Source: Octopus vulgaris (taxonomy: Eukaryota). From it: a stretch of DNA of 64,000 nucleotides. The DNA is taken from positions 117,242,001-117,306,000 of the forward strand of contig OX597823.1 of assembly GCA_951406725.2 (NCBI GenBank), given 5' to 3'. The first letter of the stretch is position 1; every line of letters begins with the position of its first letter. A model generated the notes under the pieces. It was not told where the DNA came from and ran no database searches. It worked only from the letters and a program-made list of their open reading frames with translations. The translations under genes and the position numbers were made by a program. Below, in pieces: positions 26,673 through 40,540 of this stretch.

Positions 26673-27021
26673 GTAATAATAATAATAATAATAACCTAAG
26701 ATGGAAGGATGAAAATATAAGAAAAGCCATTTCTTTTAACTAATGTTTCTCTGTCAGGCTAAATTTCTCTTTTACATTCGTGTTTTTAATATTTAACTGC
26801 TTAAATGTAATTTTGCTATAAAAAGAAATAGAAAGAAATTATTCTTTATCATGGAACTCTATGTTTTGGTTTGGTTTTATAAGAAAAGAACTGACTGCCA
26901 TTCTATAAGTAAACTGCCTGCATGTTAGCAGTTGGGTCAGGGTGTTCGGCTATCACTCCTCTTCTCTTACAACCTCACATACTTTCTTCACGCTCTTATC
27001 TCTTTTCCCCACTACTACCAT

Positions 27022-27274
27022 AAAGGTAAAGTTACCTACTTGAGTCGTGCTGACTCACAAGGGCCGGTTTCCCCGTTTTATGGTGTATATATTCTGCACC
27101 TGGACGGGACACTAGTCCCTCACAGGATTACTCATTTTTGCCAGCTGAGTGGACTGGAGTAATGTGAATGAAGTATCTTGCTCAAGAACACAATGTGTCG
27201 CCCAATCCAAGAATCGAAACCACAATCTTATGATCACAAGTCTGACACCCTAACCACTAAGCCATGTGCTTCCA
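27022..27274 (-). mobile_element. tRNA-derived SINE family D variant
   Basis: Minus strand TGGCTTAGTGGTTAGGG...GGTTTCGATTC...TTCTTGAGCAAG. Confidence 0.8.
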
Positions 27275-27530
27275 CCAGCACTACCATGCCCATACTCTTT
27301 CTTTTTTCACTCTCTTGTTCATCTTCTCTCTTCTAGCCATCCTCTCAGTCAAATATTCCTTGAAAAAACAAAAACAAAAAACAGACCAGTATAGAGTAGG
27401 AAGGGTTTTTTTTAGTTTTGTAAGGGACAAGACAGTCCTAGTAGTGCTGATGCCATTATAAAATGCACCCAGTGCAGACTGGGTGTGCTATTTAAGCTTT
27501 ATTGATAGTCATGTTGACATGACACCTTAA

Positions 27531-27748
27531 CCCTTTCGTTACCAACCCGGCGGAAACCGGCTCTGGCTCTGAGTACAAATGCCTTGTTTTCATAAGTTCT
27601 GAATTAAAATCTTCCAGCAAACCTTAGTCACAATTTATGTTCCTAACACTAGCTGAATGATAACCAAGTAATTTTACTAAATTTTTTGTTATATTTAAAG
27701 TTATTGAAAGAAACAGAGCATCTCAAAATAAATACAGTAACGAAAGGG
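27531..27748. mobile_element. piggyBac-type MITE with TTAA TSD
   Basis: TTAA|CCCTTTCGTTAC ... GTAACGAAAGGG|TTAA, perfect 12-bp TIR. Confidence 0.9.
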
Positions 27749-27900
27749 TTAAAATACCATACAAAATACAAATTTTTGTCTGTAATGGTAAATCATACTG
27801 AAATTATGGATTAAATTAAAGCTTTAAACAATAAATCTGTAAAGTATAAAGCCTTAAATGTACTGGGTCAATAAGGGTGCTTTTAAATGGTTGTTTCACC

Positions 27901-28239
27901 TGCAAGAAATAGCAGCAACATTTCAGAACAAACCCTGCTATTTTGAATAAGCAAGTATAACCTGAATGATATCATCTCACACATACCTAAAGACACAGTA
28001 GACGGTCTGCTTGATAAAAATCCAGCCTAGGGCTAAACAATAGCAATCAGCCTCCAATTATCTTTAATAATCAGGATTAAAGAGAAGGTTCTGCCAGTCT
28101 GTCTTTTCCCATGACTAAGAGGTATCATGTCATATTTCAAGTGGAGGATGTTAGGTTAACTTGTATAAAAGATTGAGCCTAAGTGAGCTGAAAGAGCAAC
28201 TGGGTAGTACCCGTGTGAACACCCAAAGTCTCAAAGTGT
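27901..28239 (+). repeat. ~340-bp direct repeat, copy 1
   Basis: Nearly identical to 31744-32082. Confidence 0.9.
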
Positions 28240-28299
28240 GAAAGGGATGTAATTGCAGCTGCCTAGACATGTAAATTTTGAGTGAAATGTATGAAATAT

Positions 28300-28695
28300 T
28301 CTTTTCTACTCAAAGCACAAAGCCCATAATTTTTGGGGAGGGCACAGTCGATTAAATCAACCCCAGTACGCAACTGATACTTAATTTATTGACCCTGAAA
28401 GGATGAAAGGCAAAGTCGACCTTGGCGGAATTTGAACTCAGAACGTAGAGACAGACGAAATACCTATTTCTTTACTACCCACAAGGGGCTAAACACAGAG
28501 GAGACAAACAAGGACAGACAGATGGATGAAGTCTATTATATCGACCCCTGTGCGTAACTGGTACTTAATTTATCAACCCCGAAAGGATGAAAGGCAAAGT
28601 CAACCTTTGCGGAATGTGAACTCAGAACGTAGCGGCAGACGAAATACCACAAAGCATTTTGACAAGCATGTTAATGATTCTGCCAGCTTACTGCC
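28300..28695 (-). mobile_element. SINE family B, dimeric form
   Basis: Same two-body structure and junction as 6088-6484. Confidence 0.85.
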
Positions 28696-28940
28696 TCGAA
28701 TGTATGACATATTGCCAGTGGGAATTGCCCGTGAGAGAGAAAAACATGGAAAGCGGTGGTGAAGCAGTGAAGCAAAGTATTTCCACACCAGAACTCGCAG
28801 ATCAGATGGCAAATGATGGAAGAAAACTATACCAACCGATATCAGCCTGGAAAATGAATGGGAAAGAAGAACAAAGAACAAAATAACATTGGTAATGATG
28901 TAAGCTGTATGTTTGTTGTGAAAGAAAGGTAAAACAGCGA

Positions 28941-29340
28941 CTCTTTTACTTGTTTCAGTCATTTGACTGTGGCCATGCTGGTGCACCACCTTTAGTCAAG
29001 CAAGTTGACCCTAGGACTTATTCTTTGGAAGCCTAGTACTTATTCTATCAGTCTCTTTTGCCGAACCGCTAGGTTACAGGGACATAAATACACCACCATC
29101 GGTTGTCAAGCAATTTTGGGGGGACAAACACTGACACACAAACATATACACACATATATATATACATACATATATACGACGGGCTTCTTTCAGTTTCCAT
29201 CTACCAAATCCACTCACAAGGCTTTGGTTGCCCTGAGGCTATAGTAGAAGACACTTGCCCAAGGTGCCATGCAGTGGGACTGAACCCAGAACCATGTGGT
29301 TGGTAAGCAAGCTACTTACCACACAGCCACTCCTGTGCCT
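28941..29340 (-). mobile_element. SINE family A, full length
   Basis: Reverse-complement match; head abuts the 3' end of the 5S copy. Confidence 0.9.
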
Positions 29341-29343
29341 GTG

Positions 29344-29463
29344 ATGCTTACAGCACCTAGGTTTCCCATACAGTCACCCATCTAGGTACTCACTAGGCTC
29401 GACGTTGCTTAACTTTGGTGATCAGACAAGAATCGGTGCTCTCAATGTGATATGGCCGTAAGC
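29344..29463 (-). rRNA. 5S rRNA copy, full length, dispersed (probably pseudogene)
   Basis: Minus strand GCTTACGGCCATATCAC...CTGATCACCAAAGTTAAGCAACGTCGAGCCTAGTGAGTACCTAGATGGGTGAC...CTAGGTGCTGTAAGC; 120 nt; helix I GCTTACGGC/GCTGTAAGC; no downstream T-run. Confidence 0.92.
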
Positions 29464-29650
29464 ATTTCTGACAAAAATTTTCTTGACTCTGGAAGGATGA
29501 TTACCAAAATTGTCATCAATGAAGTCAGATTGGTGAATCAATAAATGTCTGTTTCAACAGCATTACAGCATCCACCAGTCAGTCAACAACCATGGGTGGG
29601 TTTCTTGAAATATATATGGATAATATCATGTCAACTAGATTGATAACTGA

Positions 29651-29984
29651 TGGAGACCCCCTTCGGTCACAAAGACCCTGGGATTGCACCTAGAAAGTTA
29701 CCCTTCGAGGCACAAGTCTGGGCAAGGTTGTTTATGGAAGACCAGTCGTCACCCATCCATACCAGCCTCTCTTCTCCACACCACAGGTGTTATCCAAGGG
29801 AAAGACAAAGGGCGATACAGAATGGCACCAGTGATGTCACAACTCATTTCTACAGCTGAGTGAACTGGAGCAACGTGAAATAAAGTGTCTTGCTCAAGAA
29901 CACAACACGCAACCCGGTCCGGGATTTGATCTCACAACCTCACAGTTGTAAGCTCGACGCTCTAATCACTGAGCCATGCACCTT
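29651..29984 (-). mobile_element. tRNA-derived SINE family D variant
   Basis: tRNA head plus TTCTTGAGCAAGACACTTTATTTCACG core, different tail. Confidence 0.8.
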
Positions 29985-30094
29985 TAAAATAACTGATGTA
30001 ACTAATTACATATCAACTAGATTAATAATTTGTGGATGAGAATGATATGCACTGATTAAGGGAAAAAGACGGTTTTCTTTGTTATCTGTGTTGT

Positions 30095-30377
30095 TCCTTC
30101 TCGAGCCATGCCTGGCTCATAAGGGCCGGTTTCCCGGTTTCATTGGCATATAGGTTCCCCACCTGGACAGGGTGCCGGTCTATCGCAAGTGAGCTGCAAG
30201 ATGCAAGAGGAAAGAGTGAAAGAATGTTGTGGCTAAAGAGTCAACAGAAGTTCGCCATTACCTTCTGCTGGAGCCGTGCGGAGCTCATAAACACACACAT
30301 CGCCCAGTCTGAGTTTTGAACCCACAATCCCTCGACCATGAGTCTGCTGCTCTAACCACTAGGCCATGTGCCTCCAC
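30095..30377 (-). mobile_element. tRNA-derived SINE, D-related
   Basis: TGGCCTAGTGGTTAGAGC head; body similar to 35845-36146. Confidence 0.8.
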
Positions 30378-30811
30378 ATTTTGTCTCTGTAGCAAAAGAA
30401 CAGCAGTATCTCACAGATTCATGAAGTTGATCTTCAGTTTCTTGCAGGATGATTATCTAAAGTAGGATGGGAGAGGAATTTGAGAGTTCCTAAAGATTGG
30501 ATTTTATTGGAGAAAAAAATTAGGCAATGAGTTCATGGGGTCTGAGAAGTGAGACCCTACAGACGAGTGGCAGAGGGATGCCTACATTAACTATGTTATT
30601 GTTGTTGCTATTGCTGTTTTAGTTTCAATCCAAGTGAGCTCTGACTAAACAGATTTATGACTTACATTAGTCAATGTCCTCTTCTTCTATTAAGACAATG
30701 GCACATGATTTGAGGGAGATTTGATTGCTACTTTTAGCAAATTGGGAGTACTTGTAGAAGCTTCCTTGTTGGTATATACAAAGTGGGTTTGTAATGAGGT
30801 GTTATGGCAAT

Positions 30812-31003
30812 GGGCTGGCAGAATTGTTAGCACGCCAGGCGAAATGCTTAGTGGTATTTCGTCTGCCATTACGTTCTGAGTTTAAATTCCACTGCGATCG
30901 ACTTTGCCTTTCATCCTTTTGGGGTCGATTAAAAAAGTACCAGTCATTCACTGTCCTCGTTTGTCCCCTTTATGTTTAGCCCCCTGTAGGCAATAAAGAA
31001 ATA
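30812..31003 (+). mobile_element. SINE family B with alternative tail
   Basis: Tail GTTTAGCCCCCTGTAGGCAATAAAGAAATA equals the first tail of the dimers. Confidence 0.8.
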
Positions 31004-31743
31004 AAATGAGGTGTCATGCCATTGACCAGTTCAGAATAATATAAGATGTAGTTGTAGTGAAAGCAACAAAGAGAACACATAACACTCTGGTTGGAGAGTC
31101 AAGAATCAATGTTTTGTTTTCTATGAAAGCAACGTAGCACAGTAATTCCAAAAGTATGGCTCTTGTCTTTTCACAGGTATTGCATTTGGATTATTGCAGG
31201 CTGTAGCACTTTCATGGATAGCACAAAAACTTATTTACTTTGTTTATTCGACTAGTTTATCTGTGTATGTAAAAAAACACTTAAGACATACATAACAAAA
31301 TCTTTGTATGAAGTTTGTATGGAACAAAAACTGAAGAAAACAGTAGTTCTATGGATTATGTTTGCTTTGCTCTTCTTCAAGTTTTTTATACAGTTTGCAG
31401 TGAGATCTGTGACATCGGCTGCCGTATCTGATGAAAATCTTTTTCAATCGTTGCTATAAATCATTTACAAGCAAGACTCTTCTATATATATTTTTTCATC
31501 AATACTCGTTTTTGTAAGTTTAATATAATGAAAATTTGAGTTTACGGTGGGTTTTTTTTTTTGTCACATTTGTTGTGTCTCAAGACACCTGGCAATGATT
31601 TTTTTTATGAGCGCTACTACAAGATGTTCAAAACCAAGATCTTGAACTCTTGTTCTGAAAATATTCTACATATGTTTATCACTGCATTGATCAGAATATT
31701 GCATGTTGTTATACACTGCTGGTTACAATGCATTTCTTCACAT

Positions 31744-32082
31744 TGCAAGAAATAGCAGCAACATTTCAGAATAAACCCTGCTATTTTGAATAAGCAAGTA
31801 TAACCTGAATGATATCATCTTACACATACCTAAAGACACAGTAGACGGTCTGCTTGATAAAAATCCAGCCTAGGGCTAAACAATAGCAATCAGCCTCCAA
31901 TTATCTTTAATAATCAGGATTAAAGAGAAGGTTCTGCCAGTCTGTCTTTTCCCATGACTAAGAGGTATCAAGTTATATTTCAAGTGGAGGATGTTAGGTT
32001 AACTTGTATAAAAGATTGAGCCTAAGTGAGCTGAAAGAGAAGCTGGGTAGTACCTGTGTGAACACCCAAAGTCTCAAAGTGT
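31744..32082 (+). repeat. ~340-bp direct repeat, copy 2
   Basis: Nearly identical to 27901-28239. Confidence 0.9.
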
Positions 32083-32507
32083 ATGTGTGTGTATATATAT
32101 ATATATATATTAAATAATAATAATAATAATAATAATAATATAAATAATATAAATAATATAAATAATATATAAATATATGCATATATACATGCATCTATGT
32201 ACATACCTACATATATATGTATATATACATGCGTATATTTTTGATTGATTTTTGATTTTTCCAGTTTCAGCTAATGAGCTGGGTACAGGACATTAAAAAA
32301 ACGTTGAACACAATGAGAAATGAAAACATAAAAACAAAAACATAGAAAACGAACTTTTTCTCAAACAACGAAAAAAATAACAAATAGAGAAGCGAGACAT
32401 GCAACATAAAGAATATTCCCCTTCATCAGTTGTCCCCTGTTTTATCTACTCTGCATTTCGAAGGCAAGGATCGAACGCCATGCATCCTTTTCCAAGTAAG
32501 TTATATA

Positions 32508-32603
<96 letters not shown>

Positions 32604-32797
32604 AAAAAGGAATTAAAACGTCCAAGCAGATATCAATAAAACACACAGTTGGTTAATAGTATCCAACAGTTAGACACCAGTAAATGTAAGTAGAATACAC
32701 ATCCATTGTAAATCCTCATGTGTGACCAGTAAATACAAATGTTCTTTAGCAGAATTTCAAGAAATTCAGGGTATTTGACAAGAAAAAATATACAGGT

Positions 32798-33056
32798 AGG
32801 CATAGGAGTGGCTGTGTGGTAAGTAGCTTGCTTACCAGCCACATGGTTCCGGGTTCAGTCCCACTGCGTGGCACCTTGGGCAAGTATCTTCTACTATAGC
32901 CTCAGGCTGACCAAAGCCTTTTGAGTGGATTTGGTAGACGGAAACTGAAAGAAGTCTGTCGTGTATATGGTGTTAATCCAAACATGAACAAAGAGAAAAC
33001 ACAACAACGCGAGGGTGTGGAACAAGTATAGTGTTATTGGACGCTCAGGAAAGGAA

Positions 33057-33107
<51 letters not shown>

Positions 33108-33318
33108 AGTGTGTATGTTTGTGTTTGTCCCCCCTACATCAATTGATAACTGATGCTAGTGTGTTTACTTCCCCGTAACTTAGCAGTTCGGCAAAAGAGA
33201 CTGATAGAATAAGTACTAGGCTTACAAAGAATAAGTCCTGGGGTCGATTTGCTTGACTAAAGGCGGTGTTCCAGCATGGCCACAGTCAAATGACTGGAAC
33301 AAGTAAAAGAGAAAAGAG
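32798..33318 (+). mobile_element. SINE family A with nested pLTR-like fragment (32968-33058)
   Basis: Insert matches the reverse complement of 42100-42185 and sits in the SINE internal microsatellite. Confidence 0.85.
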
Positions 33319-33689
33319 AAAGACAGAGAAAATTGCATCTTTTTTACAGATCTCACTTTATAAAGTATTGTTTTTATTGCATTAAAACACACACACACAC
33401 ACACACAAAATATTATAAATATTAATATTAATATTTCTGAAAATGTATGCTAACACAACATTTTCAAAGTGATCCAAAATTAATGAAATTCAAATTGAAC
33501 ATAAGAAAAATGTTCATTACATAAACGCCTACAAAAAGAACGCTTAGAAGGAATCTAATTTTAGACATTGCTGTATTCAATTAATGGTGATGTCAGATAA
33601 GAAAATTAAAAAAACAAGCATAAGAATTCTACATTACGACAATTAGACACATAGAGAAATATATATGTATATATATATATATATATACA

Positions 33690-34440
33690 CAGGGTGTTTC
33701 AAAAAATTTGACATTATTTGAGATGTAAATATCACAGAAACTACAGAGTCAAAGCAAATGAAACTGAACAGACTTAATGTTGAGCAACATAATATTTATT
33801 CTTCCAGATTTGAATGAGAAATTCAAAGGTTTGTGGATTCCATGAATGATTTCAGAAATGTTCAATATTTGCACCACCTGAGACATGGCACACGTAAAGT
33901 CAGTAGTCCAGCTCCTCCCAAATACACTGTAGCATGTCTTGGGTAACAGTCTCCAGTGTGGTAGTGCTTGAGTTCCTCTAAGCTTACAGGAAGAGTGGGG
34001 ACATAGACTAAGCCCTTCACATAGCCCCAGAGAAAACAATCGCAAGGTGTCAGGTCAGGTGAATGTGGTGGCCATTTCAACAGCATATCTCCCTCACAGA
34101 TTGTCATTGAGATAAGCCGGCACAGTGAGAGTCCAGTGAGGTGGAGCCCCATCCTGTTGAAAAACGAAGTCTTCATGTTCATTTGCAATGGGTTTCATTA
34201 GCAAGCGTTTCCTCAGGATGCATCAAACTGTCATTAGAGGAATTTGGGTTTCCAGACTTGTTCTTATGGACTTCTTGGGGCTTCACAAGAGTGTTTGGCA
34301 AACCCGCTTGACCATCTCTTCCAATGTTAGTGGTCATCCAGATCCTTTTGCCCTTCACCAACAGCCTTCCTCTTTGAATTTTTTGTGCCATATACAAATT
34401 TGCATTGCTAAGTCACTTTTTATTACACAAAACTGTAAAA
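33690..34440 (-). pseudogene. Tc1/mariner transposase remnant with one TIR
   Basis: FQQDGAPPH and WPPHSPDLTPCDCFLWGYVK motifs; terminal CAGGGTGTTTCAAAA next to (TA)n; frameshifts. Confidence 0.88.
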
Positions 34441-34469
34441 AAAATTGTGGATAAATTTACAACTGGGAC

Positions 34470-35130
34470 TTTCACTAGCTAGAGATTTGATCTGTGGCTC
34501 TCAGTATGTTGTCCCAAAATATATCCAGTTCTCTTCTGTGCTATACATCTCTGTCTCACCCCACCTTTTTACCAAAAGCTCCAATGAGAACATCTCTAAA
34601 TTTCTGACATTTTTACTTCCATATCATCCTTTTCCAGACTTGTCTGGTTTCTCAACTGGGAAGTCACTAATCAGTTGGGTTGTATATTCTTTACCAGAGA
34701 AAGACTTCGGATTCATAGTCATCTGTCTATCCTTTTTATCTAGTAAAAATGTAATCAATCTAGCTTGTGTCCCCATCAAACTGATAAGGGATTGAGTGGC
34801 TGGCTAGTTTGCAGCAATTACTTTTACAGATCATCAAGTCATTTGCATTCCAGAACCCCAGCAGCCTTGTTCCCACTTCATTTCTAGGAGAAAAACTTCA
34901 TGTACACTCTGGAATCTTACAGTACCCACCCCATCTCTGTTGCCTACTCTAGAGAATTTGCATCTTTGTTCCTTGCTCGTAAAGAGTCTAGCTGAAGCTG
35001 CCCTCCATCTTAGCTTGTGCATACAGCACACATCTACACACCACTGCTCTAACATTTCAACAGTTTCACTGGACCTACATTTCTTTGTGCCAGCATTGAT
35101 TGTGGACTTGATCAGAAAGGTGAGTGAGTA
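34470..35130 (-). pseudogene. RTE LINE APE-endonuclease remnant
   Basis: INAGT..VEMLEQWCVDVCCM..RWRAASAR..GNRDGVG, RNEVGTRLL, TS*IDYIFTR. Confidence 0.75.
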
Positions 35131-35533
35131 GTTAGAGGACTGTTGTCAACATCAGAACATGAAGAAGATTTGTGCCAACAATTGTCAGCTGACAGAGGGC
35201 TCTTATGCATGTCCAATTAATTTAAACAAACAATTACTACTCAATAAATTACAATTTTCCCTCTATCCTTCAAGCCATCAAGGGTCAGTATGTATGTACA
35301 AAGAGAAGGAAAAGCAGAAAAAGAAGAGAGCAAAAGGGGAGGTGGGGATCCTCTGGCTAACTGGAAGAAAGAAGAGAAGAGGGTGCATGGCAAACAATGT
35401 CAGGGAGAAATAGCAATGATGAGTGTCCATGTACTCTCCCTCACACACATACTTTATATACATATATACACTCCTCAAATACACTCACATATAAGTATGG
35501 TATAATAGAAGGGTGTATACCCATACACCTTAC

Positions 35534-35644
35534 CTTTGCATAGAAGAAGTAATGATTTTCCTAGGGAATAAATCTTGAACATCTTCACTAAAGTTGGCAG
35601 TGAGCATTGAAGAAGTGGATAAAAAGGTATATCCCAACAAGACC
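35534..35644 (-). CDS. Candidate internal coding exon (111 bp) of an unidentified gene
   Basis: ttcacag| acceptor, AAG|gtaagg donor; open frame VLLGYTFLSTSSMLTANFSEDVQDLFPRKIITSSMQ. Confidence 0.4.
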
Positions 35645-35844
35645 CTGTGAACATTTAATTAACCATACCATATACAAGCTAAACTTTAGAGTAATATTGA
35701 TGCTACCATTTCATTTATTTCTAGCAGTTTGAGTGACCAGATAAGGCTTCCGCCTTAACTCTCAGACTTTAAATAGTTTCTGAACATAAAGAAGTAACCT
35801 TGACTTTGGAAAACTGTGTTTACATTGTCATAAAAACGATAAAC

Positions 35845-36146
35845 GTCGCCTTTTTCAAGCCTAGCAGGCTCATGGGCCCTGGCTCCTGGTTTCTGTGGCA
35901 TATGTGTTCCCCCCAGCTGGACGGGATGCCAGTCCATTGCAGCATTACCCAAGAAACAGGAAGAAAGAGTGAGAGAAAGTTGTGGTGAAAGAGTACAACA
36001 GGGGTCGCTACCACCCCCTGCTGGAACCTTGTGGAGCTTTTAAGTGTTTTCGCTCAATAAACACACACTACGCCCGGTCTGGGAATCGAAACTGTGATCC
36101 TCTGACCACAAGTCCACTGCCCTAACCACTGGGCCCTTGCACCTCC
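35845..36146 (-). mobile_element. tRNA-derived SINE, D-related
   Basis: Head GGCCCAGTGGTTAGGGCAG...GTTTCGATTCCCAGACC, same as 62673. Confidence 0.85.
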
Positions 36147-36280
36147 ATTTACATTGTCATAACTGTATATAAAGGTTTGTGGAGTTTGAAAAGAAAGATC
36201 ATCTGGGATATTTCATATCTATTTCAAACTTGGTAAACATATATGTTTATCGTTGGAGAACAGAGTTAGGCAATACTCAC

Positions 36281-36578
36281 CATGAGTTCATAATCTTACT
36301 TCATTTAGAATCTACGGCCCCAGTTTTAGAAATGGTATAAAAATTCTAAAAGAGATATGGCATCTATAATGATTAGCTTGAAGAATTACATTGAATCATC
36401 TTAACTGGATTCAGTTATAAGTAGCAAGGGTTCTACACTGGTTGCGGGGCAGTGCACACGACATTCAAAGGCCTCCTGAGACTGGATGATGTTAATGGCA
36501 ATAATGATTGTTATAGTAACGGTGATGAAATTGGTGGCAGCGGTGGTGGTGGTGGTGGCGGTGGCGGCGGCGTTTTAT
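36281..36578 (-). other. Candidate exon: 5'UTR plus ATG at 36291, or alternatively a polyproline terminal exon
   Basis: Acceptor cttactttttcag|, donor ATG|gtgagt; ATGAACTCATG joins 35644 in frame. Confidence 0.4.
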
Positions 36579-36964
36579 CTGAAAAAGTAAGCTGACTTGA
36601 ATAACATTTAAGATTATTAAAAATGAACAACTCAGTTCAAAATAATACAATAAGCAAAAAAGAAACAAAAAAAAATATTCTCAAACAAAATTAGCATTCA
36701 AGAATGCTCAAACTTTACCTGTCAATTTAATAATTATGTACACCTGAGTAAGACATTGCATTCAGAAACACAGTTGAACCATAGAAATGAGAAACATTAG
36801 TAATAAAAAAAAGTTCAACATAAAAATAGACGGAAAACAGAGTAAAAAAACATCAGTTAGTGTGGAACAAGAGAATAAGTTATATTATTCTTTTATCATG
36901 AAGAAGAATTAGTTTTCACTTCAATTGAATTGTTTCCACACGTAACCTAATCACTTAACCATCA

Positions 36965-37960
<996 letters not shown>

Positions 37961-38730
37961 AGAGAGAGAGAACGAAAGACACGTACACACATCTCATTTA
38001 TATATACACATCCTTATGTACTCATAAATATGTACATTACATTATTATATAAAATAATATATATATTATAACCAACAATTTTTTTTATTCAAGCTATTTC
38101 CTTTTATCTTTTCAAATTCATTCACTGTTTTGGCAAATGTCCCGAAAGGAATACACACAGATTGAAAGAAAAAATATCTGTTGTTGTACTAAACTATAGA
38201 TATTTTGGAAATCAAAATGTTGTTAATTTTACCAATTACTTCTTGATTTTTCTTTGTTCTATTAACCATTCTGGGTTGTTGTTTTTTTTACCTCGCTGAA
38301 TTTTCTACCTTATTTCCAAATTACAGTTTTTTAGTTTTCTCTATTTTATTTTTTTCACACTCAATTTCAAAGAAAAAAAATAATGGTTAGAAGAATTGAA
38401 TTTCACTAAATGATGTTAAGTGTGTCTTTGTTTCTGTTCTTTTTTTTTATGTGTGTATTATTGCATTGTGTTTATTGCCTGTTTTTATATCAAGTTGGTT
38501 CTCAAAAGAATATTTTTCTTTTCTTTTCTTTTTTTTTTTTAATTTGTTTTTTCTTTTTTTTGAAGTATTATGAGACTGATCTGAAAGATTGGAAATGCTC
38601 AATTACAAATCAATGCACAATTCTAGGGAGCTAAATATATAGATATAAATATATGAATGTGTGTGTGTGTGTATATATATGTATGTATATATATATATAT
38701 ATATATATAAATATATGTATATACATGTAC

Positions 38731-38761
<31 letters not shown>

Positions 38762-39243
38762 TATATATATATATATTGACATATATATATATATACACAC
38801 ACACATATATATATATATATATTTTGTATGTATGTATGGTATATATGTATATATGTAAATGGTATATATATATGGGAGAGGTAGAGGGAAACAGAAAGTT
38901 CTCATGTCTTTTGTGATTTCTTTGAAACTATAGGAATAAATTGATAAATAAAGATTTAGAGAGATTTTTTTTTAAAAAGTTTGAGATTTTCTGAAGTCTT
39001 TCATGAAAAGATGTTGCAAAACAGATTCTGTTATGAGGTAAAGGGAAGTAATATGGAAGGAACAGTTTATAACTGCAACAAAAGATGGTTTAAGAATTTT
39101 AAAAGAGTTTTGATGAGATTATGGATTCTGTTAATTGATTAAATTTAACATAGTCACCCTAATTATTGTTTTAGTGTCAACGGCAGAGACATAATGCAAG
39201 TGTGTGTATGTGTGTGTGCATCCATGTGTGTGTGTGTATTGAC

Positions 39244-39457
39244 CTCTTTACTCTTTTTACTCTTTTACTTGTTTCAGTCATATGACGGAGGCCATCCTGG
39301 AGCACTGCCTTTAGTCGAGCAAATCGCCCCCAGGACTTATTCTTTGTAAGCCTAGTACTTATTCTATTGGTCTCTTTGGCTGAACCGCTAAGTTACAGGG
39401 ATGTAAACACATTAGCATCGGTTGTCAAGTGATGTTGGGGGGACAAACACAGACACA

Positions 39458-39533
<76 letters not shown>

Positions 39534-39695
39534 ACGGGCTTCTTTCAATTTCCGCCTACCAAATCCACTCACAAGGCTTTGGACAGCCTGAGGCTATAGT
39601 AGAAGATACTTGTCCAAAGTTCCACGCAATGGGACTGAACCCAGAACCATGTGGTCAGTAAGCAAGCTACTTACCACACAGCCACTCCTACGCCT
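39244..39695 (-). mobile_element. SINE family A
   Basis: Reverse-complement match. Confidence 0.9.
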
Positions 39696-40200
39696 ACCTG
39701 ATGAAAGCTTTTGACAAAGTCCCTCATTCAGTGATCTGGCAGTTGTTGAAGAAGCTGAGAATAGACAAATGGCTCGTGAAAATCACACAACACATGTATA
39801 AAAGTGTTGTCAGCACAGTGAGAATTAGCAATAAGTAAAGTAATAAATCTAATGTGCAGGTGGAAGTCCATCAATACTCAATGCTCAGTCCCTTTTTATT
39901 TATCATAGACCTACAGACCTTAAATTTAGAGTTTAAGACTGGGTGCCCATTAGAAAGCTTATATGTTGATGATTTCAGTCTTGTAGCTCAATCATAGTAG
40001 GGTTAGAAAAGAAATCCCAGGCATCAAAGCAAAACCTTAAAATCACCTTAGGAAAGACTAAAATATTAGTAAGTAGAAAAGCAAACAGAACCTTGTTACT
40101 ATCAGGGAAACTCTCTCTCGGTATGTAAAAAAAGAGTAGATAGAAAATCCTTATGGTCTACCCACTGAAAACTAAGGACACATAAGAGGTTCAGTAGAAC
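39696..40200 (+). pseudogene. RTE LINE reverse-transcriptase remnant
   Basis: LMKAFDKVPHSVIW, VEVHQYSMLSPFLFII, LYVDDF; many stops. Confidence 0.8.
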
Positions 40201-40540
40201 AATAAACTCTAAGTGTGCACAAGAAATAGTTGCTTTTAAATGCTCATTATAATCTGAAAGTGGACATATGAATGACGATGATGATGATGATAATACGTAT
40301 TTAATTAAATCTTGTATGATAGTGGGGAGGGAGAAAGATTAGATTCCTTGATATATACATGTACAGCCTTTGGGGACTGAAGCTGGACCCAACCAAGTTT
40401 AGGGTAAATGTAACTAACAACAGACAGAAAATACCTCCAAAAACAAAATCTATTTGTTGTGTTAGAGGAGGAAAGAGATAGGAACAGAAACCTTACTCTA
40501 GATTTAGTACTGTTGGTTCACTAAATGTGTAGGGAGATCG

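Noticed and set aside
28745-28870. Possible mariner C-terminal fragment (RWQMMEEN)
   Set aside because: Too short and degenerate to support
36425-36586. Plus-strand Gly-rich exon ending AAA|gtaagc
   Set aside because: The acceptor lacks a polypyrimidine tract and the minus-strand splice sites are stronger; not fully excluded
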